A stretch of 64,000 bases of DNA from Cyanobacteria bacterium P01_C01_bin.120 (GTDB lineage: Bacteria; Cyanobacteriota; Cyanobacteriia; Phormidesmidales; Phormidesmidaceae). Every line of letters begins with the position of its first letter. The stretch's first letter is position 1. The stretch lies in the NCBI GenBank assembly GCA_039027715.1, contig JBCCJU010000004.1, positions 80 through 64,079 of the forward strand. Reading direction: 5' to 3'. Of this stretch, positions 1-9,905 are shown piece by piece. The translations under genes and the position numbers were made by a program. Under the pieces are notes generated by a model, which was given only the letters and a program-made list of their open reading frames with translations, made no database searches and was not told the DNA's origin.

Positions 1-596
1 CTTAGCTTTTCTATTTCTGGTACGTATCTTCTGAGCTCTCTTTCAACTCTATCAAAGAGATCGTCTCTGTCTCCTGCCTTTAGCGAATCTAGAACCTGTA
101 CAACCCCTCTCCCATCTGCCTTAACGCTTGGATTGGAAACTATTTCCTCTTCTTTACCTGCATTATCAGGCTCAATCTTGAAGATTTGAACCTCTTTTAG
201 CTCCGGAATCTTCTCAAAAGCTCTAATATCTCCTATTTCATTGTCAACTATTTTGAGAAAAGATTTGGAAGTGCCAAATACCTTTAACATCTGTTGATTT
301 TTAAGATGTGATCTATGTTTTGGAAAATCTTTTGTATACTCTCTATGAAATGATATAAATTCTGCGTTTTTCTCTATATATTCATAATCTTCCTCATTGT
401 TTATAGCTCCTTCAGAACCTTTTTCACCATAATGATCTATTGTTATCACGTTAGTCGGGCTAGAAATATATCTGAGCAGTCTCAGAAAGTTTGACTTTCC
501 AGTTCCGTTTGCGCCAATGAGCAGTGTGAAGGGAGACAGCTCAATGGTGGCGTTGCAGATGGATTTATAGTTTTGGATTTCCAGTTTGGTGAGCAT
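1..596 (-). CDS. AAA family (ABC-type, AAA_15/AAA_21-like) ATPase, 3'-partial (runs off the window start)
   Basis: Not in the ORF track. Manual translation from ATG at 596: MLTKLEIQNYKSICNATIELSPFTLLIGANGTGKSNFLRLL..., open to base 1. Walker A is GANGTGKS and the body is AT-rich. Confidence 0.85.
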   Translation of the reverse strand, partial: MLTKLEIQNYKSICNATIELSPFTLLIGANGTGKSNFLRLLRYISSPTNVITIDHYGEKGSEGAINNEEDYEYIEKNAEFISFHREYTKDFPKHRSHLKNQQMLKVFGTSKSFLKIVDNEIGDIRAFEKIPELKEVQIFKIEPDNAGKEEEIVSNPSVKADGRGVVQVLDSLKAGDRDDLFDRVERELRRYVPEIEKL

Positions 597-701
597 AGGC
601 GGCTCATTGGGAGGTGCGGCAGAACCTCGGTTTCTAACAATTCAGCTTTCAATTCTAATCATAAGCGAGAGAAGAAACCGGGGTTCTTTTTGGTGAGATA
701 T

Positions 702-2672
702 CTACGCGCCCTGGCGCAGTTTGTCGAGGACGCTTTGATCTTCCATGGTGGTGGCGTCGCCGACGATATCTTCACCGCTGGCGAGGTTGCGCAGGAAGCG
801 GCGAATGATTTTGCCCGATCGCGTTTTGGGCAGCGCATCGGCAAAGCGAATATCGGCAGGGCGGGCGATCGCGCCAATCTCCTGCACCACATGCTGCTTC
901 AGCTCACTGAGCAGGTCATCGCTGGGGGAATGAGTGCTCTCTAGGGTGACGAAAGCGAACACCTCTTCGCCGGTAATTTCATTCTTGCGCCCCACGACGG
1001 CCGCTTCCGCGACAGCGGGGTGAGACACTAGAGCCGACTCGATTTCCATCGTGCCGAGGCGGTGACCGGAGACACTGAGCACGTCATCGACGCGGCCCAT
1101 CACCCAAAAATAGCCGTCTTCGTCGCGACGGGCACCGTCTCCGGCAAAGTACAGATACTCGCCGTCTTGGGGGCGAATGTGTTCCCAATAGGTGCGGCGG
1201 AAGCGATCGTCATCACCGTAGACCGTGCGCATCATGCTGGGCCAGGGATGCTTAATCACCAGATAGCCGCCTTCGTTATCGCCAACGGAGTTGCCCTCTA
1301 GATCCACGATGTCAGCCAGAATGCCAGGAAAGGGTTTGGTGGCAGAACCGGGCTTAGTAGGTGTTGCCCCCGGCAGCGGCGTCAGCATAAAGCCGCCGGT
1401 TTCCGTTTGCCACCAGGTATCCACGATAGGGCAGTTGCCGCCGCCAATCACCTGTTGATACCACACCCAGGCTTCGGGATTGATCGGTTCGCCGACGGTG
1501 CCGAGAATGCGTAGAGAGGAAAGATCGCGGGCGTTGGGTTCCTGGTCGCCCATTTTCATAAAGGCGCGGATAGCCGTCGGCGCAGTGTAGAAAATATTGA
1601 CGCCGTACTTTTCCACCACATCCCAAAAGCAGCCGGGATTCGAGGGCCGGGGCACCCCTTCATACATCAGGCTAGTCGCGCCGTTCGACAGCGGGCCATA
1701 AACGATGTAGCTGTGGCCAGTGATCCAGCCGACGTCGGCGGTACACCAGTAGACGTCCGTATCCTTATGATCGAAAGTCCACTGAAAGGTCATGTGGGTA
1801 TAGAGGTTATAGCCGCCCGTGGTGTGGACGACGCCCTTGGGTTTGCCCGTGGTGCCGCTGGTGTAGAGGATAAACAGCATGTCCTCGGCGTCCATCTCCT
1901 CGGCAGGGCAGTCAGCGGAGGCAGTGGGCTGGAGGTCGTGCCACCAGCGATCACGCCCCTCCACCATGGGGATATCTTCTTTGGTGCGCTGCACGACGAG
2001 GACGTGTTGGACGCTGGGAGCGGCGTCATTTTCCAGCGCTTTATCCACTGCGGCCTTGAGAGGAATCACTTTGTCCTTGCGGAAGCCACCGTCCGCCGTA
2101 ATCACGACCTTGGCCTCGGCATCGTTGAGGCGATCGCGCAACGCCTCAGCACTAAAGCCGCCAAAGATCACAGTGTGGGGCGCGCCAATGCGGGCGCAGG
2201 CCAGCATGGCGATCGCCGCTTCGGGAATCATCGGCATATAGAGGCCAACGCGATCGCCCTTCTGCACGCCCAATTCTTTCAGCACGTTAGCCATTTGACA
2301 GACTTCGCGGTGCAGTTCACCGTAGGTTAGCGTCCGTGAATCGCCCGGTTCACCTTCCCAAATCAGCGCGGCCTTATTGCGTCGCCAGGTGGTCAAGTGC
2401 CGATCCAGGCAGTTGTAGGAAATATTGAGTTTGCCGCCGACAAACCATTTAGCAAACGGCGGCTGCCAGTCCAGTACCGTGTCCCACTTTTTGAACCAGT
2501 GCAGCTCCTGCTCTGCCAGCTCGGCCCAAAAGGCGGCCGGATCCGCTGCGGCTTTGTCATAAAGCTCCTGATAGGCTGCCATGCTTTGAATACGGGCAGC
2601 GGCAGAAAACTCTGCTGGGGGCTCAAACAAGCGCTTTTCTTGCAGGATGGATTCAATCGTTGGTTGAGACAT
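702..2672 (-). CDS. acs: Acetate--CoA ligase (acetyl-CoA synthetase)
   Basis: Motifs [26 protein letters not shown] and LPKTRSGKI. Start moved to [16 protein letters not shown] (ATG at 2672). Confidence 0.97.
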   Translation of the reverse strand: MSQPTIESILQEKRLFEPPAEFSAAARIQSMAAYQELYDKAAADPAAFWAELAEQELHWFKKWDTVLDWQPPFAKWFVGGKLNISYNCLDRHLTTWRRNKAALIWEGEPGDSRTLTYGELHREVCQMANVLKELGVQKGDRVGLYMPMIPEAAIAMLACARIGAPHTVIFGGFSAEALRDRLNDAEAKVVITADGGFRKDKVIPLKAAVDKALENDAAPSVQHVLVVQRTKEDIPMVEGRDRWWHDLQPTASADCPAEEMDAEDMLFILYTSGTTGKPKGVVHTTGGYNLYTHMTFQWTFDHKDTDVYWCTADVGWITGHSYIVYGPLSNGATSLMYEGVPRPSNPGCFWDVVEKYGVNIFYTAPTAIRAFMKMGDQEPNARDLSSLRILGTVGEPINPEAWVWYQQVIGGGNCPIVDTWWQTETGGFMLTPLPGATPTKPGSATKPFPGILADIVDLEGNSVGDNEGGYLVIKHPWPSMMRTVYGDDDRFRRTYWEHIRPQDGEYLYFAGDGARRDEDGYFWVMGRVDDVLSVSGHRLGTMEIESALVSHPAVAEAAVVGRKNEITGEEVFAFVTLESTHSPSDDLLSELKQHVVQEIGAIARPADIRFADALPKTRSGKIIRRFLRNLASGEDIVGDATTMEDQSVLDKLRQGA

Positions 2673-3548
2673 GACAATGGTGTGAGATTGCGAAATCTGG
2701 AGGCAGGACTGTCGCCGGCATCCGCCTCCCAAACCATACTGTGTTTTCCGACACAGCTAAATCAGTCTGTGCAATTTTTTAACGTCCGCTGCGACTGTCG
2801 GCGTCAATCAGCGCCACCTGTAGGGATCCGCAGCTTTGAAAGGCTAAGTCGGCTGTGCCACGGCGTTCGAACCGATGGGCGGTGGTCAGCGCCTGTCTAA
2901 GTTGACTTGGCAGCAGCACTCGCGTCTATTTAACATGCATTCCATTTTGCAATGATCAGCAAGTCGCTTTAGCGGTGCCTGATATCACCTCTCGCTCACG
3001 GGCAAGATGCAAGCAGGCTGGACCTCTGGCTACGCCAATTCGAGCGCATACTGCAGGCACGACAGCCTTTGAAAGGAGAAGTACTGCCGGCGGTGAGATT
3101 TGAACCAAGTGCTAAACAGCTTTACTAAAAATGTTCAAAAATTCTTGCCATGCATTATTGGCTGAAGAATTCAAAGCTAATATTGGCGAAAGTCCCCTAG
3201 CTACAATACTTTTATCCAAATCTTCTTTTGGCTAAAAAAATCTGCGAAGTTTTGCACAGACGTTCAGGGTGTTTCACCTAAAAGATGTAGTAAGGAAGCA
3301 AGCTATGTGGCAAAGGAGATTATTTATCCGCTTTTGTTGTCCCCGTTGCTCAAGCGATGGTGATTCTGTAGCCGTTAAAAGCTCCTTACGGTCACCAGAA
3401 TGATCGCTAGACTTAATGGCCACGGTAAAAACGCGGGTTTTGGCAAGCGATCGCCCACCGGTTTGTGAGTGACGTCTTGAGTCTGAGCATACTAAAAGAG
3501 CGTGATATCCAGAGCCGTGGTTTGCAGTCGAGAGAGTTAGCCGTACAC

Positions 3549-5162
3549 ATGCCTGATTTCGGTGCCAAGGTGGGAGTCATCCCAGTTGAGACTGATATTG
3601 TTGCCGTTACCGTCTATCCCGAACAAGCGCGGGTGACTCGTCAGGGGCAGATAGAAGTACATCAGCCGGAGGTCATTTTGGACATTGGGCCACTGCCCTC
3701 AACTTTGGCACCGCCGAGTGTGCAAGCCTATGCCCAGGGCACCGCCCGGGTATTGTTGCAAAGGCCAACGCTGGCGCCGGTGCCGCAGGCGGCTGAGTGG
3801 CAACGACAAGAAGAAGCCTTAGGCGATCGCCTGCGCCAGACCGAAGATCAGTTTCGTCGCTGTAAAGACAACCTGGCGGGGCTGAATCAACAGCAGGCTT
3901 TTCTCCAGTCCCTTTCCGACCGCATGGCCCATACCTTTGCGGAAGGGCTAGCCCAGCAGTCAATGGATTTGGCCCACGTAACGGCGTTTACAGACTTTTT
4001 TGAGCAGGCCCATCGGCGCCACAGTGAAGCGATCGCGGCTCAGGAACGGCAAAAGCAGGAACTTGACCAACAGCTGCAAGAAGCCCGCCAAGCTCTACAA
4101 CAGTTTCAGACCACCGGAAAGACGCCCAAATATCGCATTTTGCTTCCCGTCACCATAGAGCGATCGGGTGTTTTAGAGCTCAGTATTGTTTATGACGTCA
4201 TCAATGCCCAGTGGCAACCGGCCTATGACGTACGGTTGCAGGCCGATCACCATGGCTTGCAGATCGACTGCATTGCGGAAGTCCAGCAAAATACGGGAGA
4301 AAATTGGCATCAGGTCGATCTCAAAGTCTCGACGGCGGTCCCTGAAAAGACGCCCGCGATTCCAGATTCCAGCCTGCTAAACATTCAATCCGCTTTACAA
4401 CCGAAGCAAACCACTAACTCCACTACGAATAGCCCTCGCAAAGTCAAATCGCGTAGTCCGGTGCTAGACGAAACTTATCGCATGTTAGGAGCGCTGCCCG
4501 GCAGTGAAATTCCTGCCCAGGAGGAAGATAGCTGGGACGATGCGATGCTGCAGCCAGCCAACGCCATTATTTGTTTTGTCGCCACCCAGCCGGCGCAGGT
4601 GCCCAGTGACGGAGAAGTGCATCGAGTGCCCGTGGGACAACTGCAGTTGGATAGTCGCCTTGCCTATGTGGCGCTGCCGCAGCGCTGCAGTTCGGCCTAT
4701 CTGTGCGCAGCGCTCACCAATCCCCCAGAAAAATGGCCCTTGCTGCCGGGGACGGCCTATCTATTTCGGGATGGTGGCTATGTTGGGGCGGAAAAGTTTG
4801 ACTACGTGGCCCCAGGGGCGTCGTTTCAGCTGAGTCTGGGGTTGGACGAGCGGGTGCCGATTCAGCGGGAGTTGGTGACCCAAAAGACGGTTTCTGAAGA
4901 TGGCAGAGATTTACGGTCCTATCGGCTGACGATTCACAATCCATTCGACCAGGCAATTGACGTGACAGTGATTGAGCAAATTCCCACGGGGCGGGCGGGC
5001 GAAATTGAAGTGCAGATTATTAGCGCCAAGCCCGAGATAGATCTGCATCCAGAAGCTCAGTGTCAATGGGTCATGCAACTGGCGCCACAAGCGTCACAAC
5101 ATATTTTCTATCAGTATGAAATTCGGCATTCACCCAGCGATCGCTACGGCCCGCGATCGTAA
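3549..5162 (+). CDS. DUF4140/DUF4139 protein (MuiA-like)
   Basis: N-terminal IVAVTVYPEQARVTR, then a coiled coil, WQPAYDVRL, and C-terminal LLPGTAYLFRDGGYVG...LSLGLDERV. An alternative GTG start is at 3465. Confidence 0.85.
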   Translation: MPDFGAKVGVIPVETDIVAVTVYPEQARVTRQGQIEVHQPEVILDIGPLPSTLAPPSVQAYAQGTARVLLQRPTLAPVPQAAEWQRQEEALGDRLRQTEDQFRRCKDNLAGLNQQQAFLQSLSDRMAHTFAEGLAQQSMDLAHVTAFTDFFEQAHRRHSEAIAAQERQKQELDQQLQEARQALQQFQTTGKTPKYRILLPVTIERSGVLELSIVYDVINAQWQPAYDVRLQADHHGLQIDCIAEVQQNTGENWHQVDLKVSTAVPEKTPAIPDSSLLNIQSALQPKQTTNSTTNSPRKVKSRSPVLDETYRMLGALPGSEIPAQEEDSWDDAMLQPANAIICFVATQPAQVPSDGEVHRVPVGQLQLDSRLAYVALPQRCSSAYLCAALTNPPEKWPLLPGTAYLFRDGGYVGAEKFDYVAPGASFQLSLGLDERVPIQRELVTQKTVSEDGRDLRSYRLTIHNPFDQAIDVTVIEQIPTGRAGEIEVQIISAKPEIDLHPEAQCQWVMQLAPQASQHIFYQYEIRHSPSDRYGPRS

Positions 5163-5244
5163 AATGCCGCAAACGAAGGGCACCTGGAGCGGATGAGTGG
5201 CGATCGCGCTCAGAGATGCCCGGGCCAGTCATCAGACTTGGCCC

Positions 5245-6408
5245 TCAATTTGGCGAGGCGGCGGTTTCTAATGCCTGTGCCAAAGTGTTAGAGACCACCG
5301 CGTCATCCCAGTTATCGGGCTGTTCGCCCATGCGCACAATCACCAGTTCATAGGACGGCATCACAAAGACTCGCTGCAGGCCCCGCCCATCCAGATGAAA
5401 AGCCTGGGGATCGAGATAGGCATCGGTGGCTGTGGTTTCAACATTGGGATAAGCGGCTGTGCGGGCTTTGACCCAAATATGTTTGCCAAACGTGGCTTCC
5501 AGAGAGGAAGGCTGCAGCATTTGGGCAATCCAGTCCGGGGCAATGACCGACTGATTTTGCCAGCGACCTTGATTCCGCAGCAGTTCGCCGACCCGAGCCC
5601 AGTCACGGGCAGTGGCAAATAAACAGCAGAAGGTTTTAGGAAAACCGCCGGAGCGATCCAGCCAGAGGCTAGCAGCTTGAGCACCGATAGGCTGCCAGAG
5701 TCGGGTAGCGAGATAGTCAGCGTAATTGATCCCGGTAGCTCGCTGAATCACGATCGCCAATACCTGACTATTGACGTTGTTGTAGTCAAACTCTTCGCCC
5801 GGCGGTCGCACGCTAGGAATGCTGAGAGCCGTTTTCTCTACGTTGGAGCCGATGTAGAGATGCACTAAATCGGAAGCGGGGCTGGTGGTGCTGCGCTCGT
5901 TACGGAGTCCTGACTGCATGTACAGCAAATCCCGCAGGGTGATGCGAGCGCGTTCGCCACGTTGCCATTCCGGTAGATAATTGGCGGCGGGTTCTTCCAA
6001 AGAGGCGATCGCTCCTTCAGCGATCGCCTGCCCTATCAGCAGTCCCACGATGGTTTTCGACATCGACATCGCATTGAACTGAGACGTGCGATCGTAGCCT
6101 TGCCAGTATTCTTCCAGAGCGATCGTGCCTTTATGCATCACAATCAGCCCAGTCGAATGGCGCTCTGCCGCATAGTCAGCGACTGTGGCTAGGGCTGCCG
6201 CAAATTTTGCATTGGTGGGTGCCGCAACTGGGAGCTCTGGGGCAGGCTGACCCGTTACCTCTACTCTGGGTCGATACCAATTCACCGCCATAATGGGCTG
6301 CTCGGGGTACGTTGCTGCCCGACTAATAAATCGCCAGTCGGGCAGAATTATGGCCGCGACGAGAACCCCAGTGAGAATAATTAGACGGCGGCGTTTTGGC
6401 AAGGACAT
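5245..6408 (-). CDS. Serine hydrolase, class C beta-lactamase family, with N-terminal membrane anchor or signal
   Basis: SxxK motif (SMSK), FDYNNVNS, ATARDWARVG. Confidence 0.88.
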   Translation of the reverse strand: MSLPKRRRLIILTGVLVAAIILPDWRFISRAATYPEQPIMAVNWYRPRVEVTGQPAPELPVAAPTNAKFAAALATVADYAAERHSTGLIVMHKGTIALEEYWQGYDRTSQFNAMSMSKTIVGLLIGQAIAEGAIASLEEPAANYLPEWQRGERARITLRDLLYMQSGLRNERSTTSPASDLVHLYIGSNVEKTALSIPSVRPPGEEFDYNNVNSQVLAIVIQRATGINYADYLATRLWQPIGAQAASLWLDRSGGFPKTFCCLFATARDWARVGELLRNQGRWQNQSVIAPDWIAQMLQPSSLEATFGKHIWVKARTAAYPNVETTATDAYLDPQAFHLDGRGLQRVFVMPSYELVIVRMGEQPDNWDDAVVSNTLAQALETAASPN

Positions 6409-6493
6409 TGGGGGTGGAGGGATGATGGGGGGAGGAGCGAATGGCCGTTCGCTTGTACAGGTGGTGGAGTGAGAAATAAGTTTGAGTTTTTGC

Positions 6494-6528
6494 AGTTCTC
6501 AGTTTTGAGTTTTGAGTTTTAAGTTCTT
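6494..6528. repeat. Heptamer short tandem repeat (STRR-like)
   Basis: Five in-phase units AGTTCTC AGTTTTG AGTTTTG AGTTTTA AGTTCTT in an intergenic region. 7-nt tandem repeats are typical of filamentous cyanobacteria. Confidence 0.7.
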
Positions 6529-6828
6529 ATACCCGTTGTCTTTTCTAACGCTGCAGAGGTTAAGACTACAGGCATGGGGATGAAAACGGTTTCGCATCCA
6601 CAATTAAAAATCTGAAATCGAGAATGGGTATTGACCAAAGGGCTCGCCGGCTGAGTTTGCCGGCACTGGCGACGGCGACACACTTACTTTACCGAGTTAC
6701 CAATTTTCTGGATGAAAAGCCAGTAGCCAGAACCTCTTTTCTTGGCCGCGTGCTGATTTTCTTTTTAGCGATTTAAAGGTTGTCGCCATACACTGAATGA
6801 AGGAAACTGCCTGCTTTGTGCAAAAACG

Positions 6829-8034
6829 ATGACTCATCTTTCTTCCTCCCAAGCTCAGAGCTGGATTGCGCTTTGGTGGCGGTCTTTAGGGCCGTTTGCG
6901 CGGACGCTGGTGCTGTTGCTGGCGGCGCCGCTGGCGGTGCTAAATGTGTGGGCGTTGGCGCAAATCTTTGACTATTTTCGCGAAATTTTAGTAGCGGTGA
7001 TTGTGGCCTCGCTGTTAGCCTTTTTGCTGGGGTATCCAGTGCAGTGGCTGCGGCAGTTGGGCATTCGCCAGGGATTGGCTTCCATACTGGTCCTGTTAAG
7101 TGCGTTTTTGCTCTTGCTGACGGTGGGCATTACGATTTTGCCGCTGGTCATTGAGCAGGCTCAACAGTTAGTGAATAGGCTGCCAGATTGGTTTGACTCT
7201 GGCAAAGGGCAGCTGCTAGTGCTCGACAATCAGTTAGAAATTTGGGGGCTGCCTTTTAATCTGGATGGCGTTATCAGTCAGATTAACGATCGCCTAAAGT
7301 CACAATTTGAAGCGATCGCCGGTGAGGCCCTTAACCTGACATTGGGCTTAGCGGTATTCACAGTTAATAAACTGCTGGATGTCGTGCTGGCAATTGTGCT
7401 GTCCTTTTATCTATTGCAGCATGGCGACGAGGTTTGGGACGGCGTTATTGGTAGACTGCCCAACAAGATTCAGCAGCTATTTTCAGAAACGCTGCGGCTC
7501 AGCTTTCGCAATTACTTTTTGGGGCAGTTTGCCATCGCATCTTTGATGGGCATAGCACTGACAATCATTTACGTGCTCATGCAGGTGCCGTTTGGGCTAT
7601 TGTTCGGGATTACCATTGGCGTCGCCGCCCTGATTCCCTTTGGCGGCACCGTCAGTATTGTCGTTGTAACGCTGCTAGTTGGGCTGCAGGACATTAGCAT
7701 TGCCGTCAAAGTCCTGCTGGTGTCAGCGCTGGTGCAGCAGCTAATCGAAAATGTCTTGGCGCCTCGAGTGCTGGGCAGCTTTACGGGTCTCAATCCTTTT
7801 TGGGTGTTTATTGCCTTGCTGTCGGGAGCGCGGGTGGGAGGACTGCTGGGAGTGATTGTCGCCGTCCCTATTGCGGTGGTAATCAAAGAAGCCCTAGTCG
7901 CCATTCTGCAGGTCCAACAGCCCGCCGACAGTGCTGATAAATCGTCATCCGATGCCGCGATCGCGAACGGTAATAATGCCTCCAGTGGCCTGACTGAGGC
8001 CGAGGTGCCGGCGGCGTCAGCGGTCAAGGATTAG
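6829..8034 (+). CDS. AI-2E family transporter (PerM/UPF0118)
   Basis: Multi-TM protein with ALIPFGG and QQLIENVLAPRVLG...GGLLGVIVAVP. Confidence 0.92.
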   Translation: MTHLSSSQAQSWIALWWRSLGPFARTLVLLLAAPLAVLNVWALAQIFDYFREILVAVIVASLLAFLLGYPVQWLRQLGIRQGLASILVLLSAFLLLLTVGITILPLVIEQAQQLVNRLPDWFDSGKGQLLVLDNQLEIWGLPFNLDGVISQINDRLKSQFEAIAGEALNLTLGLAVFTVNKLLDVVLAIVLSFYLLQHGDEVWDGVIGRLPNKIQQLFSETLRLSFRNYFLGQFAIASLMGIALTIIYVLMQVPFGLLFGITIGVAALIPFGGTVSIVVVTLLVGLQDISIAVKVLLVSALVQQLIENVLAPRVLGSFTGLNPFWVFIALLSGARVGGLLGVIVAVPIAVVIKEALVAILQVQQPADSADKSSSDAAIANGNNASSGLTEAEVPAASAVKD

Positions 8035-8045
8035 CTTCAGACTCG

Positions 8046-8996
8046 ATGAACCAAGGCTGGACCTATCGCGATCGGGTGCCTGCAGCGGCAGCGGGACAGT
8101 CCGTGCTGGACTACTACGCTCAGCGCTACCGGCATTCCACCCGGCAGGCATGGCAACAGCGGATTCAGCAGGGACAGATCACCATTGAGGGACATCCTTG
8201 TCATCCGGCTCAACGGCTGCAAGCAGGACAGCAGCTAGCCTATCGTCGCCAGCCCTGGCAGGAGCCGGACGTGCCGTTAGAGTTCGAGGTGCTCTATGAA
8301 GACGACGATGTGCTGGCGATCGCTAAGCCATCGGGCTTACCGGTGCTGCCAGGCGGTCAGTTTTTAGAGCATACGCTGCTAAATCAGCTGCAGCGCCGCT
8401 ATCCGCAACGCCCGCCCGTTCCAGTGCATCGTCTGGGACGGGGCACTTCGGGCTTAATGTTGTTGGCGCGATCGAGCGCCGCCCGCGCTGAGCTGAGTCG
8501 CCAACTGCGACAAAACAGCCAGACTTCAGCGCCCGATTTCCAACTTACCAAGACCTATCGCGCCCTCATTGGCCCCCATAACTTGCCGGATTCCTTTGCC
8601 ATTACTGTGCCCATTGGCCCCGTAGCCTATCCTGGCCTAGGCACCGTTCATGCAGCTACGCCCCAAGGCAAGTGGGCCTACAGCCACGTTCGAGTTGTCG
8701 AGCGAGGAGAGACCCAATCCATTCTTGAGGTCACTATCAAAACGGGGCGCCCGCATCAGATTCGCATTCATCTGGCGGCAGCGGGCTATCCTCTACTAGG
8801 CGAACCGCTTTACCGGGTTGGGGGTGTCCCGCCGGCAGCGTCAGAGCAAGCAGATCTGCCAATTCCCAGTGATTTGGGCTATTGGCTGCACGCCTACCGG
8901 CTGCGATTTCGGCATCCCATAACTCAAGCTGCCATGACTTTGATCTGCTCGCCACCGTCATGTCTCCAGGTCGAGGCCTCACCCCAAGATGGTTGA
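8046..8996 (+). CDS. RluA-family pseudouridine synthase homolog with N-terminal S4 domain (catalytic Asp replaced by Gly)
   Basis: Motifs KPSGLPV, VHRLGRGTSG and TGRPHQIRIHLA. Confidence 0.9.
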   Translation: MNQGWTYRDRVPAAAAGQSVLDYYAQRYRHSTRQAWQQRIQQGQITIEGHPCHPAQRLQAGQQLAYRRQPWQEPDVPLEFEVLYEDDDVLAIAKPSGLPVLPGGQFLEHTLLNQLQRRYPQRPPVPVHRLGRGTSGLMLLARSSAARAELSRQLRQNSQTSAPDFQLTKTYRALIGPHNLPDSFAITVPIGPVAYPGLGTVHAATPQGKWAYSHVRVVERGETQSILEVTIKTGRPHQIRIHLAAAGYPLLGEPLYRVGGVPPAASEQADLPIPSDLGYWLHAYRLRFRHPITQAAMTLICSPPSCLQVEASPQDG

Positions 8997-9119
8997 ATGT
9001 CAGGTGCTTTGAAGCGCCTCTGGTGCAGCTTTCAGCCAGTGTCGGTAGGATTTTGGGCGATCGCCATACCACGGCTACCTACGCTGCTGCAGGGGAGTCC
9101 GGCTATGCTAAGGCAGCGC

Positions 9120-9692
9120 TTAAGCTAAGGTGCCAGCCGCTAAGATTTGCGCAACGGTAAGTGATAATTCCGGCAGGACCAGTGAGGCGATCGCCTGCTC
9201 ATTCACAAACACCGCTTCTTCGTATAAGCCTTCTTCCCACCGCAGCAGCGTTATTTGAGCCGTCAACGGATCAACAATCCAATATTCCGGGACTTCTAAA
9301 ACCGCATACTCCGATCGTTTGTAGCGATAGTCGCGAGTAATGGAGTCAGGACTCACGACTTCCACAATCAGCTTTGGCGGCGTTTGAAACACCGCCGATT
9401 GTCCCAACAGTTCTTTCGCCTGCTCAGTCGTGACGATACAAAGATCACTCAGGCGCGATCGATTAAACCCAGTTCTGACACCGGCTTCGCGAAGAGTTAA
9501 CCAAGATAAGTCAAGGCGCTGAATTTCCGTATCGAGCTGCTTTTCTAGAAATTTAGTGATGAGTAAATGTTCTGTACGCGGTGGATTCATTGGCAATAAC
9601 TGGCCATCCACCAATTCATAGCGACCATCGGTGCCGTCGTCATAGGCTAGATAATCCTTGAAGGTGAGTAGTTGAGTGGCAGTTTTGACCAT
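9120..9692 (-). CDS. Uma2 family endonuclease (DUF820)
   Basis: RYELVDG, PKLIVEVVSP, KRSEYAVLEVPEYWIVDP. Confidence 0.93.
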   Translation of the reverse strand: MVKTATQLLTFKDYLAYDDGTDGRYELVDGQLLPMNPPRTEHLLITKFLEKQLDTEIQRLDLSWLTLREAGVRTGFNRSRLSDLCIVTTEQAKELLGQSAVFQTPPKLIVEVVSPDSITRDYRYKRSEYAVLEVPEYWIVDPLTAQITLLRWEEGLYEEAVFVNEQAIASLVLPELSLTVAQILAAGTLA

Positions 9693-9905
9693 GAGTGAAG
9701 ATAAATGGAGCGACTAGCTTCCACAGTCGTCGACAATTCTGTCAGGTTCAAGATGGTGAGCCACTTAGCTATGGGCAGAGCATCCGAAGCTTGTTAAACA
9801 TATTATTCCAGATGGTTAAAGCTATAAATGCGGAAACTTCACCAAAAGGCATTGGGAAAGAATGACCGCATTCCTATGATAAGCATTGCGCTTTCAGCAG
9901 AATGA

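Noticed and set aside
573-2900. Plus-strand ORFs overlapping acs (e.g. 1713-2330, 2397-2900)
   Set aside because: Antisense shadows of a highly conserved gene. The same applies to most short ORFs in the track that overlap called genes.
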